Shown: in pieces, positions 54,123 through 63,153 of the stretch
How the letters are laid out: every line of letters begins with the position of its first letter
Position numbering within the stretch: the first letter of the stretch is position 1
Assembly (NCBI GenBank): GCA_050246315.1
Contig: JBFWWG010000001.1
Span: 608,001-672,000, forward strand
Source: Nitrospiraceae bacterium
GTDB taxonomy: Bacteria; Nitrospirota; Nitrospiria; Nitrospirales; Nitrospiraceae
Length of the DNA stretch: 64,000 nucleotides
Reading direction: 5' to 3'
The notes under the pieces: generated by a model
Told to the model about the DNA's origin: nothing
Seen by the model: the letters and a program-made list of their open reading frames with translations, nothing else
Database searches by the model: none
Made by a program: the position numbers and the translations under genes

Positions 54123-55032
54123 GGCTCCCTTCAGCGACGACATCAGACGGCAGCAGCTTTTCAGCGGGCAATTGTTCGTCTATGCTCCCCGTCCCAGCAC
54201 CATCGCCTTTTGTGACTTTGCCAGGACACTCATCCAGGAGGCGTTTGGAACCCTCTATCCGCCCACGGCGCAGCACCATCTCTCGGTGGAGCAGTACGCG
54301 GGCATTCTCGGGAAGCTCAAGCCGCGGTTTATTCATCACGCGGAATCGAAGAAACATATCCAAAACATTTTCTCCGAGATGGGCTGCGACTTGACCAAGT
54401 CCTTTTTCGATGTGCCGAAAATGCGAAGCTCGACGAGCGACAACTACCTCACGACGGGCATCGCCTATGCCTGGCATCCCCATCGGGACACCTGGTATGC
54501 CGCGCCGGACTGCCAGATCAATTGGTGGATTCCGATCTATGACATCGAGTCCCACAATGCCATGGCCTTTCATCCCTGTTACTGGAACCGCCCGGTGCGG
54601 AATACGTCGAGCGGCTACAACTACTATCAATGGAACCAACTCCACCGGGGGGAGCATGTCGCGCAGTATCTGACGGAAGATCCGCGTCCTCTGCCTCGCC
54701 CCAGCGAACCGTTCGAGCGCGAGCCGGAGATCCGCTTGATTTGTCCCGCCGGCGGGATCATCCTGTTCGCCGCCGCGCAGATGCATTCGAGCGTGCCCAA
54801 TACGTCGGGGCGGACCAGGTTCAGCATCGACTTCAGGACGGTGCATCTCGACGATGTCCTTGCCAAGCGTGGCGCGCCGAACCTGGATAACGAGTCGACC
54901 GGGACGGTCATGAGGGACTACCTCCGCGCATCGGATTTCTCGCGCCTTCCCGACGAGGTCGTAGCGCTCTACGACGACGAATCCGGAAGCTCCGGCGAAC
55001 TGGTCTATCGAGACCGAGAACAGGGTGTCTGA
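54103..55032 (+). CDS. 2OG-Fe(II) oxygenase-fold protein (PhyH-like)
   Basis: WHPHRDTWY (HxD), INWWIP, MHSSVPN.SG.TRFSIDFR (distal His + RxS). Confidence 0.75.
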   Translation: MNTIYYEAPFSDDIRRQQLFSGQLFVYAPRPSTIAFCDFARTLIQEAFGTLYPPTAQHHLSVEQYAGILGKLKPRFIHHAESKKHIQNIFSEMGCDLTKSFFDVPKMRSSTSDNYLTTGIAYAWHPHRDTWYAAPDCQINWWIPIYDIESHNAMAFHPCYWNRPVRNTSSGYNYYQWNQLHRGEHVAQYLTEDPRPLPRPSEPFEREPEIRLICPAGGIILFAAAQMHSSVPNTSGRTRFSIDFRTVHLDDVLAKRGAPNLDNESTGTVMRDYLRASDFSRLPDEVVALYDDESGSSGELVYRDREQGV

Positions 55033-55119
55033 CGCCGTTCCGCCCGGTGACCTGTGTGAATGTCGAAGCGAGGGACGCTTCCGACGGGCTTGCGACGCTT
55101 CACGAACGACGAGTTGCGA

Positions 55120-55596
55120 ATGACGATGGTGCTGACCTGGCTGCACGTTCTTGCTGCGGTCAGTTGGATCGGAGGCATGATCTTCTTGTCGGTGGTCGTC
55201 GTGCCGGCCATTCGGACACCGCCCTTGGCTCAGCAACGAGCGGTCCTCTTCCCCATCGTGGCCCGCCGATTTCGCCTCGTGGCCTGGGGAGCCATGCTGC
55301 TGTTGCTGGTGACCGGACCTATTCTCGCCGCCGGGCGCGGTATCTCTCTCATCAATCCAACCACTTGGCCCTCTGTCTTTACGATCAAGCTGACCCTCGT
55401 TGGTCTCCTGCTTGGACTGACGACTGCGCACGATCTTGCGTTGGGTCCTCGTGTGGCGGAGATCATGAAACGACCGGAGCCGGAACGCTCCACATCAGAA
55501 TTGCTGCTCCTTCGGTGGTCTCCCTGGGTGGCCCGAAGTTCGCTGCTGCTGGCCTTGGCCGTCCTGTTTTCGGCTGTCTCTCTGGCGAGGAGCTAG
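55120..55596 (+). CDS. CopD/DUF4149-like inner membrane protein
   Basis: WLHVLAAVSWIGGMIFL, KLTLV..L...HD; about 4 TM helices. Confidence 0.75.
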   Translation: MTMVLTWLHVLAAVSWIGGMIFLSVVVVPAIRTPPLAQQRAVLFPIVARRFRLVAWGAMLLLLVTGPILAAGRGISLINPTTWPSVFTIKLTLVGLLLGLTTAHDLALGPRVAEIMKRPEPERSTSELLLLRWSPWVARSSLLLALAVLFSAVSLARS

Positions 55597-55689
55597 CCCG
55601 GCCTTTCATGAAGGCGTTCGCTGCATTCACGGACGTGCAAGGACGGCACCCTGTCTACCGTTACCGTGTAGAACCGGGGACGGCTCGAA

Positions 55690-56260
55690 GAGATTTATGA
55701 ATTGGTGCGGAAGCTTGGCGCCGACGGCTGGCACCTCTCCCTGCTGGTCCCGGTCGGATGTGGAATGGAGATCACGCAGAGTGCCCAGCTTACGTCGCGG
55801 GATTACGAAGAGGTGTTGTATTGGATTGACGAGCTTGCGCAACGCGCAGCGACGGAAGTCCGTGCCACCTGTGCGCCGCACGCACAGCGCATCCGGCTCC
55901 CGCGGCAGGCGATGCACCCCCTCATCGTCACTGCTCCCCCCCTCAGGGGGCAGAGGGAAGGGTGAGGAGGGGTTGCAGACGCGCCGCGGCTGCTTAGCCG
56001 GGACTAGGATTTGTTTTGTCTTTCATTGCGGCGTGGTCTTTCCCTGCGGCTATCTCCCGGTGTCGGCCGGGAACGTGCGCAAGCAATCCTTCGCATCTAT
56101 CTGGGCGGAGGCACCCGTTTTCGAGGAATTGCGTGATCCGGACCTGCTGTTGGGGAAGTGAGGAGTGTGCGAATATCGAATCGTCTGTGGCGGCTGCCGG
56201 GCACGCGCGTTCGGAAGAGTGGAGACCATGTTAGCGACGAACCCGGATGTCGCTATTCAT
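55690..56260 (+). pseudogene. Radical SAM/SPASM remnant (AhbD/NirJ-like); 5'-truncated, frameshifted, nonsense
   Basis: HLSLLVPVGCG, YEEVLYW, RATCAPH, GCLAGTRICF, VFPCGYLP..AGNVR, GK*GVCEYR.VCGGCRARA; TGA at 56159-56161. Confidence 0.85.
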
Positions 56261-56743
56261 CGATTCGGTAACTTAGGTAGGTACCATGGCCTACAGATTC
56301 ACAAGGTGGTGTGAATCCTGTCAGCTTAACCTTCATCTTGCGTTGGTGCAAGACGATGATCCTCATTCTTGAGGGTGACCTTTGCTCATCGTGATCCACA
56401 TGTTGGCCTCCCACTGTCATCCGGATCCATCCCCTTCAACCTGGCGAGCAGGATCGTCCAATAGATAAACGTTGCCCTGTCGCGATCCGCCACGGTCTTC
56501 TCCCGCCGACCTGAGGCCTAATGCCCCGTTTGCGCTTGTCTGGATTCTCCCTGGCCCTGTATGAAGGAGCCGTTCCCGTATGCGAGGCAGGCCCGGCGTC
56601 AAGCCTGAGCGCGAAGGTACGGTCTTTGCTGTCTCACGCTGATCTAGGGTAAGCTGCGAATCGTCGCGGAAGAAAATGGTTGGCGAGCGGCCGGCATGCA
56701 GGAGACCTCCGGGATGGAACGAATGAATGAGAGGCAGGCGGAA

Positions 56744-57307
56744 ATGGGATCGATCGCGAAGTTTCTGACCGAGGATCACCGGCGTTTGGAACAACTACTC
56801 GATCGAGCCGGTGGGCCGGCGGGTCGCATCGATCACGCGCGCTACGAGGAATTCCGGGCAGGACTGTTGCGCCATATCGGGATGGAGGAAAAGATTCTGT
56901 TTCCGGCAATCCAACGGGCACATCAAGGCCAAGCCGATTCCTCGCTCGCATCGTCGCTTGCCTCCTCGCTTGCACAATTGCGGCTGGAGCACGGCGCCTT
57001 GGCGACCTTGCTGATGCCATCGCCGACCGAGCCGATCCTGGCCACGATCCGCGAGATCCTCAGGCACCATGACGAAATCGAAGAAACCGCCGATGGACCC
57101 TACAAGGTCGCAGACGATCTGTTGGGCCAAGAAGCAGAAGTGATAGTGGCCGCCCTCTGTGCCGCTCCGTCGGTCAACGTGATGCCTCATTCCGACAGCC
57201 CCGCCGTGGTCGCGACCCTGCATCGTGTTCTGGCCAGAGCCGGCTACAGCCTCGATGGCAGGCAGAAGGAGACGGACCGCCGGGAGGCACAATCGCCTGA
57301 ACGGTAA
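56744..57307 (+). CDS. Hemerythrin-like (HHE) domain protein (start could be up to 56696)
   Basis: EDHRRL, LRHIGMEEKILFP, RLEHG, HHDEIEE. Confidence 0.82.
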   Translation: MGSIAKFLTEDHRRLEQLLDRAGGPAGRIDHARYEEFRAGLLRHIGMEEKILFPAIQRAHQGQADSSLASSLASSLAQLRLEHGALATLLMPSPTEPILATIREILRHHDEIEETADGPYKVADDLLGQEAEVIVAALCAAPSVNVMPHSDSPAVVATLHRVLARAGYSLDGRQKETDRREAQSPER

Positions 57308-57357
57308 CGAGAGGGGCCGGCCACGGCAGCCGGCCGGAGCAAAGAGAAGGGTGATGC

Positions 57358-58278
57358 ATGAGAGACCAACCGTCCTTGTTCAACCGAATCCTCTTCGCGA
57401 CCGATTTTTCGGCCTGCGCGCGCCACGCCGAGGACTATGTGACGTTTCTCGCCACGGCCTATAAAGCTGCCGTGACGGTTCTGCACGTGTTGGAAATCTA
57501 CGAAGGGACGTATGTCACCACGGTGCAGGATCAAAGCGAATCGGGATCGCGGTTGGCCAATATCGCTCGACGCCTTAGGCAGCCGGGCTTGTTGGTGTCC
57601 CATGAGCAGCGGGCCGGCATTCCCGACGCGATTATTTGTGACGTGGCCGTGGACACTCAGACGGACCTGATCGTACTCGGCACTCATGGACGAATCGGGC
57701 TCAAGCATATTCTCCTGGGCAGTACGGCGGAACGGGTGCTGATGCTGGCTCCCTGTCCGGTCTTGACGATCAGGCAGCCGGATAGGGGCGAAGGGGAAGA
57801 GGCGAAGCGGCCGATCCAATTGAAGCACGTCGCCGTCCCGGTCGATTTCTCGGAATGTTCCATGGAGGCCCTGGAGTACGGCGTCCGAATCGCCAAGACC
57901 AACGGCGCATCGGTAACGCTCCTCCACATCTTGGAGCCGCTCTCCTACGGCATCGATTTGACGTTCGGGCACGCGGCGGAACAGAACCGGCAACAGATCG
58001 TTGCCCGGCTTAAACAGGTGGCGAACGAGATTCAATCGCAGGGGGTCTCTGTGCGTGCCGTGATGCGCGGCGGAGTGCCGGCCGATTCCATTCTGGACTT
58101 CATCGGCACCTCCGATTGCGATCTGGTGGTGATGGGCACGCATGGTCGACGCGGAATCGCTCATGTGGTGAAAGGCAGCGTGGCAGAAGGGGTGCTGCGC
58201 CGATCGCCCTGTCCGGTCCTGGCCGGAAAGCATTTCAAGCTGCTTGGCAGCGGCCGGCTTGCCGCACCGGTGTCGTAG
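57358..58278 (+). CDS. Tandem-domain universal stress protein
   Basis: RILFATDFS, VLGTHGR.G...LLGSTAERV, VPVDFSECS, VMGTHGRRG...GSVAE.V.R..PCPVL. Confidence 0.93.
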   Translation: MRDQPSLFNRILFATDFSACARHAEDYVTFLATAYKAAVTVLHVLEIYEGTYVTTVQDQSESGSRLANIARRLRQPGLLVSHEQRAGIPDAIICDVAVDTQTDLIVLGTHGRIGLKHILLGSTAERVLMLAPCPVLTIRQPDRGEGEEAKRPIQLKHVAVPVDFSECSMEALEYGVRIAKTNGASVTLLHILEPLSYGIDLTFGHAAEQNRQQIVARLKQVANEIQSQGVSVRAVMRGGVPADSILDFIGTSDCDLVVMGTHGRRGIAHVVKGSVAEGVLRRSPCPVLAGKHFKLLGSGRLAAPVS

Positions 58279-58454
58279 AACCTGAGGGTTGGTGCGAGGC
58301 GAGCAACGTTTCTCCGGCGCCATCATGAAGCTGTCTGATCGCAAGAATGTCAAGAGCAAGAGACACAGTGAAGGGGTTTCTCCGCGGGCATCATATTCCA
58401 AGAAACGATAAAGAGCCTCCGGTTCAACCGAAGGTTGGTGTGGAGGAAGAGAAG

Positions 58455-58691
58455 ATGGGCAAACCGACGATTGCCGCGAAACAGCCGGCCGTGCTGACGC
58501 TCGATCCGGGCACCTATTATTGGTGCCGATGCGGACGGTCCAAGACCCAGCCGTTCTGCGACGGGTCTCACACGGGATCGGAGTTCGCTCCACTCGACTT
58601 TACCATTGCGGAGCGCAGGCAGGTGGCCTTGTGTCAATGCAAGCATACCGGGCATCCGCCCTTTTGCGACGGCACGCACAAGACGCTGTAA
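58455..58691 (+). CDS. CDGSH iron-sulfur protein (two CDGSH motifs, MiNT/CISD3-like)
   Basis: WCRCGRSKTQPFCDGSH and LCQCKHT..PPFCDGTH. Confidence 0.92.
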   Translation: MGKPTIAAKQPAVLTLDPGTYYWCRCGRSKTQPFCDGSHTGSEFAPLDFTIAERRQVALCQCKHTGHPPFCDGTHKTL

Positions 58692-58772
58692 CCACCACGC
58701 CAGGTGAACGGACTGACCGATGCCTCCTTGCCAAGGTGATACGACCTCCGCCGGTTGATCGCAACCCTCTCC

Positions 58773-59879
58773 ATGAGCATGAGACGTGGCATCCTCATCA
58801 TCGGGCTGGCGATCGTACTGGTCGGGATTGGCGGCGCGTGGCTGTTCGGTCGAAGCCTCTGGAATCCCCGCCTGTCGGAGGGGCTTATTCAGACGAACGG
58901 CCGCATTGAAGGCGATCACCTCACCGTGGCGAGCAAGTTTCCCGGGCGTATCCAAGAACTCTTGGTGCGGGAGGGGCACAGGGTCACGGCGGGCCAAGTG
59001 ATGATCCGGCTCGATGACGTGCAGACCAGTGCCCGGGTCGAGCAGGCTCGCCATGGCTGGGCGGCGATCGAAGCGCAGGTGCAGGCAGCCCATACGACTT
59101 TGGCGGTCCTGAATCTGGAGGTGCCGCTGGCCATCGAATCGGCGCAGTCCCATGTGGATCAAAGCAAGGCGGAACTGGAGAAGGCCAAGGCGGTCGAGCA
59201 GGAGGCGCGGCGCGATGAGCAGCGGTTGCGCAACCTGCTTCCAGAGGAGGCGGTCGCCCGACAACAATACGATCAGGCCAGTGCCCGTTGGACTGTGGCG
59301 CGGAACGACATCAGTGCCTCACAGTCAGCGCTGACCAAAGCGACGAAGGAGCTGGCGCGGGCAGAGTTGGGCTGGAAACGGATTCGTGCGAAGGAGGAAG
59401 AGATCGCCGCGCTGGAGCGCCAGCGGGATCAGGCCGAGGCGGTGCTGAACGAAGCTGAGAGCATTCTGACCGACCTGACGATTGTCGCGGCGGCCAACGG
59501 AACCATCACGACCCGCATGGTCGACGTCGGTGAGGTCGTGACTGCCGGCACACCCCTGTTCGAAGTTGTCGATCTGGACCGACTCTACCTGAAGGCCTAT
59601 GTGCCGGAGGTGCAGATCGGTAAGGTTCGATTGGGCTTACCGGCGCGGATTTATACGGACGCCTTCCCCGATCAGCCGTTCGATGCGACGGTCCGCTACA
59701 TCGCCTCGAAAGCCGAGTTTACCCCCAAGGAAGTTCAAACGCCGGATGAACGGGTGAAGCTGATCTATGAGGTGCGACTCTATCTGGCGGCAAATCCGGA
59801 TCACCGGCTGACGCCGGGCCTCCCGGCGGACGCGATCATCCGGTGGAAGGATGACGTGGCCTGGGCGAAGCCGAGATGA
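58773..59879 (+). CDS. HlyD-family membrane fusion protein (YbhG-like)
   Basis: N-terminal TM, NGRIEG, coiled coil, AEFTPKEVQT.DER.KL. Confidence 0.92.
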   Translation: MSMRRGILIIGLAIVLVGIGGAWLFGRSLWNPRLSEGLIQTNGRIEGDHLTVASKFPGRIQELLVREGHRVTAGQVMIRLDDVQTSARVEQARHGWAAIEAQVQAAHTTLAVLNLEVPLAIESAQSHVDQSKAELEKAKAVEQEARRDEQRLRNLLPEEAVARQQYDQASARWTVARNDISASQSALTKATKELARAELGWKRIRAKEEEIAALERQRDQAEAVLNEAESILTDLTIVAAANGTITTRMVDVGEVVTAGTPLFEVVDLDRLYLKAYVPEVQIGKVRLGLPARIYTDAFPDQPFDATVRYIASKAEFTPKEVQTPDERVKLIYEVRLYLAANPDHRLTPGLPADAIIRWKDDVAWAKPR

Positions 59880-59883
59880 CGGC

Positions 59884-59990
59884 ACTGGTCATCGGTCAAC
59901 GATCACTGGTCGGGAATCTCGGTATCGTCCGTGACCCATGACCCATGACGGATGACTCTTGACCCGCGACCGTCCGAATGACGAATCAGC
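59884..59990. repeat. Heptamer repeat inverted array
   Basis: CTGGTCA TCGGTCA ACGATCA CTGGTCG ... GTGACCC ATGACCC ATGACGG ATGACTC TTGACCC GCGACCG. Confidence 0.65.
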
Positions 59991-61951
59991 CGATGGGTGA
60001 CGACCCAACCATTGTGCGCGTGTCCGGCTTCGTCAAGCGCTACAAGAAGCATGAGGCCGTGCAGGGCGTGGATCTCGAAGTCCGCAAGGGCGATATCTAC
60101 GGACTGATCGGGCCGGACGGTGCGGGGAAGAGCAGCCTGATGAAGGCGATCGCCGGGGTCCTGTCATACGAGGCCGGTGAAGTCGAGGTATTCGGGGTGC
60201 GGGTCGATTCAGAACGAGCTGCGGAGCAGGTGAAACAACGGATCGGGTTTCTTCCTCAGGGGTTGGGGCTCAATCTCTACCCGGAGCTCTCCGTCGAGGA
60301 GAACATCGACTTCTTCGCCCGGCTGCGATTAGTTCCGGAGGCTGAGCTTCGCGAGCGCAAGGCCCGGCTGCTGACGATGACGCGGTTAGAGCGTTTCCGC
60401 GGACGGCCGATGAAACAACTCTCAGGCGGAATGAAGCAGAAGCTCGGCCTGATCTGTACGCTGATACATGAGCCGGAGCTGGCCATTCTGGATGAGCCGA
60501 CGACCGGCGTCGATCCGGTGTCGCGGCGTGACTTCTGGGCCATCCTCGCTGAATGGCAGGGGGCGAAAGGCATGACGGCGCTGGTCTCGACCGCATACAT
60601 GGATGAGGCGGCGCGTTTCCATCGGCTCTCGTTCCTCTCCCGTGGCCGGGTGTTGGCATCGGGAGGTCCCGGAGAAGTCCAATCGCTGGTTCCGGGCCTT
60701 GTCGTCACCTTTGAATCGACTCCGCAACTGGAGGCGGTCGCACGCCTCAAGCGACAGTATGCCCAGATTGAATCATTGGGTCCCTTGCTGCACGTGTTCA
60801 CGCCTGAGCAGGAGACCGCCATCGCGGTTTCACAGATCCGGGACGCCTTGGGCGAGTTGCCGATTGAGCGCGTCCAGGCCGATGAACCGGAACTGGAAGA
60901 TGTCGTGGTGGCGCTCTTACTCAAAGAACAGCACGAGCAGGGTGGGGATCCAGGCGGGTCGGACAAACCGAGCCGCCCGCCCGGCAAGTCGCAGTTTGAC
61001 GGGCTTGCCGTCGAGGCCAGGGAGCTCGTCCGGGACTTTGGGGGTTTTCGAGCCGTCGATCGGGTGAGCTTTGACGTGAAGCAGGGCGAAATTTTCGGAT
61101 TGCTGGGCGCCAACGGCGCGGGCAAGACCACCGTCATCAAGATGTTGAACGGAATTTTGCGCCCGACCGGGGGGGAAGGGTGGGTGGCCGGCGCAGATAT
61201 GCGGAGGGCGGGAGGCGCGATCAAGGAACGGATCGGCTACATGTCTCAAGCCTTCTCACTCTATTTGGATCTGACGGTCATCGAGAACATCCGGCTTTTT
61301 GCCGGTATTTATGGGTTGGCTCGGCGAGAGGCGCAACATCGGATGGAGTGGATCGTGGAAATGGCGGGCCTGACGAGCTATGAGGACGAGCGAACGGGGA
61401 GCCTGCCGATGGGCGTGCGCCAGCGCCTGGCGCTGGGTTGCGCGCTGGTCCACAGCCCACGCGTGTTGTTTCTGGATGAGCCGACTTCCGGGGTGGACCC
61501 GATCGGCCGGCGCCAATTCTGGGAGCTGCTGTCGCAATTGGCTCGCGAGGAAGGAGTCGCGATTCTCGTCACCACGCATTATCTGAACGAAGCGGAGCAC
61601 TGTGATCGCCTGGCACTGATGTATGCCGGGCGCATCGTCGCGGAGGGGGCTCCGGCGGACTTGAAAAGCGAGGTCGAACGGGAGATCGGCCGATTGCTGG
61701 AGTTCGTGATCGACAGGCCGGGGAGCGCGCTCGCGCAACTGACGGCAAGCGGGTACACCAATGCGGCCCTCTTCGGTACAAAAATCCACGTGATGTCTGC
61801 CGATCCGCACCGGGACGAGGCGCGCATTCGGGATGTCTTGAGCCGCTCCGGTGTCCGGGTCGAATCGGTGCGGACACGAACGCCCAGCCTTGAAGATGTC
61901 TTTGTGTCGCGGGTTCTGGCGCTGGAACAGGCGGCGCAGAAGGAAACATAA
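59978..61951 (+). CDS. ABC transporter with two ATPase domains (YbhF/RbbA-like)
   Basis: GPDGAGKS / LSGGMKQKL / LDEPTTGVDP and GANGAGKT / LPMG.RQRL / LDEPTSGVDP. Confidence 0.93.
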   Translation: MTNQPMGDDPTIVRVSGFVKRYKKHEAVQGVDLEVRKGDIYGLIGPDGAGKSSLMKAIAGVLSYEAGEVEVFGVRVDSERAAEQVKQRIGFLPQGLGLNLYPELSVEENIDFFARLRLVPEAELRERKARLLTMTRLERFRGRPMKQLSGGMKQKLGLICTLIHEPELAILDEPTTGVDPVSRRDFWAILAEWQGAKGMTALVSTAYMDEAARFHRLSFLSRGRVLASGGPGEVQSLVPGLVVTFESTPQLEAVARLKRQYAQIESLGPLLHVFTPEQETAIAVSQIRDALGELPIERVQADEPELEDVVVALLLKEQHEQGGDPGGSDKPSRPPGKSQFDGLAVEARELVRDFGGFRAVDRVSFDVKQGEIFGLLGANGAGKTTVIKMLNGILRPTGGEGWVAGADMRRAGGAIKERIGYMSQAFSLYLDLTVIENIRLFAGIYGLARREAQHRMEWIVEMAGLTSYEDERTGSLPMGVRQRLALGCALVHSPRVLFLDEPTSGVDPIGRRQFWELLSQLAREEGVAILVTTHYLNEAEHCDRLALMYAGRIVAEGAPADLKSEVEREIGRLLEFVIDRPGSALAQLTASGYTNAALFGTKIHVMSADPHRDEARIRDVLSRSGVRVESVRTRTPSLEDVFVSRVLALEQAAQKET

Positions 61952-61979
61952 ACCGGGTCGGCCGTTCTCTCGCCCCGTC

Positions 61980-63143
61980 ATGCCTGTCATGAATCTCCGA
62001 CGTATCAGAGCCGTGGCGCTCAAGGAATGGAAGGAGACGACGAGGGATCGGCCGTTTCTGTTGTTAGCCTTCCTGCTGCCTTCCTTGTGGTTGGTGGCGT
62101 TCGGCTATGGGCTGGTCCTGGATGTCGAGCAGATTCCCTTCGCGGTGCTCGATCGAGATCACAGCGAGCTGAGCCGGGATTATCTCTACCGATTCATGCA
62201 GTCGCGATATTTCTCGTTTCGCGGTTACGCCGATCATGAGCGGGCTCTCGATCGCCTGCTGACGGAGACGAAAATCCGGGCGGCGATCATTGTCCCGGAA
62301 CGCTTTCAAGAGCGCTTGGCCGCAGGAGAGCCCGCGGCAGTCCAGACGTTGCTCGACGGAACCTTTCCGCTCCATACGGATATCGCGAAAGGCTATGTGA
62401 TCGCCATCAATCAGGCGTTTACGGAGGAACGGGTGATCGATCATCTGCGCCGATCTCGCGGGTTCACGCAGGAGCAAGCCCGCCGACTGGTCCGTCCGCT
62501 GACGGTGGAGGTCCGGTACCTGTACAACGAGGAAGTCCGAAGCACCTGGTCCATGGTGCCGGCGCTCGTCATGTTCACCCTGATGTTGGCGACGCCGTTG
62601 CTCACCGCGCTGGGGGTCGTGAGGGAGAAAGAAACAGGTTCGATCTACAACATCTACAGCTCCACACTGAGCCGCGCCGAGTTTTTGACCGGCAAACTTC
62701 TTCCCTATGTCGCGATTTCGCTGGTGAACGTCTGGGTCCTGTGGCTGATTGCCGTCACGCTCTTTCAGGTCCCCTTCAAAGGGAGTCTGCTTTTCTTTTT
62801 CTCCGGATCCGTCCTGTTCGTCCTCTGCGGAACCGGCGTCGGATTGCTGATTTCCCTGCTCGTGAACACCCAAATGGCGGCCCTCATCATTACCATGGTC
62901 GTGGCCATGGTGCCGACGATTCTGTTTTCCGGCCTTCTGGTGCCCGTGTCGTCCTTGAGCCGGGGGGCACAGGTCCAGGCGCATCTCTTTCCCGCTATGT
63001 ATTACACGGATATCGTCCGCGGGAGCTTTCTGAAGGGAGTGGGTCTGGACGTCATGTGGATCGATCTGTTGGCGCTGGCTATCTTTGCAACGGTCATGAG
63101 CGGGATTACGTATCGACTCTTCACCAAGAGGCCGAAGGCATGA
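61980..63143 (+). CDS. ABC-2 permease (YbhS-like)
   Basis: RAVALKE, VVREKETGS, GKLLPY, LFSG. Confidence 0.92.
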   Translation: MPVMNLRRIRAVALKEWKETTRDRPFLLLAFLLPSLWLVAFGYGLVLDVEQIPFAVLDRDHSELSRDYLYRFMQSRYFSFRGYADHERALDRLLTETKIRAAIIVPERFQERLAAGEPAAVQTLLDGTFPLHTDIAKGYVIAINQAFTEERVIDHLRRSRGFTQEQARRLVRPLTVEVRYLYNEEVRSTWSMVPALVMFTLMLATPLLTALGVVREKETGSIYNIYSSTLSRAEFLTGKLLPYVAISLVNVWVLWLIAVTLFQVPFKGSLLFFFSGSVLFVLCGTGVGLLISLLVNTQMAALIITMVVAMVPTILFSGLLVPVSSLSRGAQVQAHLFPAMYYTDIVRGSFLKGVGLDVMWIDLLALAIFATVMSGITYRLFTKRPKA

Positions 63144-63153
63144 CGGAGGCGCC

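Noticed and set aside
56159..56161. Selenocysteine recoding of the TGA at a Cys position
   Set aside because: The same gene is also 5'-truncated and frameshifted, so a nonsense mutation is simpler.
53956..58593. Long minus-strand ORFs (491 aa and 449 aa), and similar ones at 37665-38957, 39614-40771 and 62064-63287
   Set aside because: They lie opposite well-supported genes and have Arg/Pro-rich, motif-free translations typical of GC-rich shadow frames.
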